A stretch of 64,000 bases of DNA. It comes from Antedon mediterranea (lineage: Eukaryota; Animalia; Echinodermata). The position numbers were made by a program, and so were the translations under genes. Numbering within the stretch: the first letter of the stretch is position 1; the number at the start of each line of letters is the position of its first letter. Where the stretch lies: NCBI RefSeq assembly GCF_964355755.1, contig NC_092679.1, positions 23,791,432-23,855,431 of the forward strand. Direction: 5' to 3'. The notes below the pieces were generated by a model, which did no database searches, had not been told where the DNA came from, and saw nothing but the letters and a program-made list of their open reading frames with translations. Shown here piece after piece: positions 62,565-64,000 of this stretch.

Positions 62565-64000
62565 GGTACTGTAAGCTTTCCATTCTGCCTTAGTTTACCA
62601 TGTAAAATATTTGGATTAATATTACAATTTGTATTATATAATTCATTTCAATTAATTTAATATTCTTATGTATTTTTACATATATTTGTTTTCGAAACCA
62701 TTTTAAATAATAATGATAGTAACATTATTTTTCACAATCACATAATAATAACTAAATTATTTGAAATTGATACCTTTAATATTATCCTTTCCAAAAATAA
62801 TAGTTTTATTGTTCAATATACGGTGCAACATAAATACTATTAGGCCTACTAATAATAATGCCATTTTATGACAATTATATAACATAATTGACAAATAATA
62901 TCATCACTTAAATTCGTTTCTTTTGATTTATTCAAATCAATTTTTAGACAATAAGCCTACAATTAATCTCCAACAATAACTTATTAATTAAAACATTCTT
63001 AAATGTGTTACCTTTTCCTGAATGATATACTTTTTTTTTATTTTAACCATGTTTTATAAATGACAAACATTGCTAAAGTTATTACTTTAACAATAATATT
63101 AATATACAACCCATGTTCATTTACAAGACTTTAAGCTATCTATGCTATGTTTTACTGCTAAACTATCTATATATAAATTTACGTAAGGGCAAAATTCGGT
63201 AAATCGCGCGTTATTTCTAGAATGTTTACTCGATGGTATATAAAGTTGTTTCGTACTTTCGGTACTGATTTTAACCACCTGATGTAAACCCTGTTTACTA
63301 ATTAAATTGAGTTCGATAATTAGTTATGGACAATTAAAACGAATTTAGGTTCAACGAATTGCCCCAAATAGGGGTGTTTTTCGATCGTGGTATACACTGT
63401 CTAATGGATTTCCATCTTGAAAAATACCCGCAGACAATAATACGAGGATGCTTCGCATTTTCCTATCTCCTCCTACGATAATTGTTTTCAATGGCTGGAA
63501 ACCGGTTGAACAGCTTGAGTACAGCATCATAATGCTGAAGACAGGCCGATTTTCTTGAAAAAATACTTTTTTTATAGATTTAATATACGTTTATACAAAT
63601 GTATTGATTTGCGATGAATGGAACATTCCAATCTCTGTTCCACAAGTGTCTATTCCATCAGGCGTCGTAAAGGCAAGTACTGTATACTAGTAACAGAAAT
63701 TCGATCCATTTTTTTTTCAATCTGTACGGCAGAGGTTGGATATAAATTTTTTTAAACGGATAATGAGCTAGCGTTTTCACTCGCTGTATATTATGTTCAC
63801 ATCTTTATTATTGCAGTTAAACCACCCACATCATCACCCTTCCCTCACTGAGTAGCGTTGTAAAACCAGTAGAGGATAGGCCTACGGTACATCACATGCC
63901 CTAAACGCAGAACAACTTTGGTGGGTAGGGTAGGAACCAACTTAAGTATGAATTGGCTCTAAGTAACAATTGAAAACCATTAGGCCTACTAATTAAGTTG

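Overview
AT-rich, intron-containing animal genomic DNA. The gene and repeat content suggests a marine invertebrate, plausibly an echinoderm, but this is inference. From left to right: (1) 1-12.5 kb is non-coding, with a complete non-autonomous TIR transposon, MITE clusters and several minisatellites, including a 1.85-kb 50-bp array with a 202-bp higher-order repeat. (2) A roughly 14-exon, ~1,190-aa secreted galaxin-like Cys-Cys repeat gene (+, 12832-27945) ends in an NTR/C345C-like domain. (3) A convergent 7-coding-exon mitochondrial TFB2M-like gene (-, 29808-35739) carries a LINE RT in intron 2 and an in-frame 69-bp duplication of a splice acceptor. (4) A 4.6-kb near-perfect foldback Academ-like transposon has TAG..CTA ends and a GTC target-site duplication. 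(5) A cluster of four cGAS-like receptor (Mab-21/cGLR) paralogs with single-exon coding regions is arranged -> -> <- <-. Two are intact ~700-aa genes with complete catalytic motifs and an uncharacterised TPR-like C-terminal half, one is split at the domain boundary by an 11-bp duplication, and one is a C-terminal-only relic. (6) Head-to-head with the cluster is a ~770-aa orphan HND-type protein kinase gene with a frameshift in the kinase C-lobe. (7) Helentron-associated (DINE-1/HINE-like) elements lie at the right end. The best candidate for an undescribed system is the cGLR array plus the divergent kinase, as a rapidly evolving innate-immune signalling locus. All assignments come from reading motifs by eye; no searches were run.
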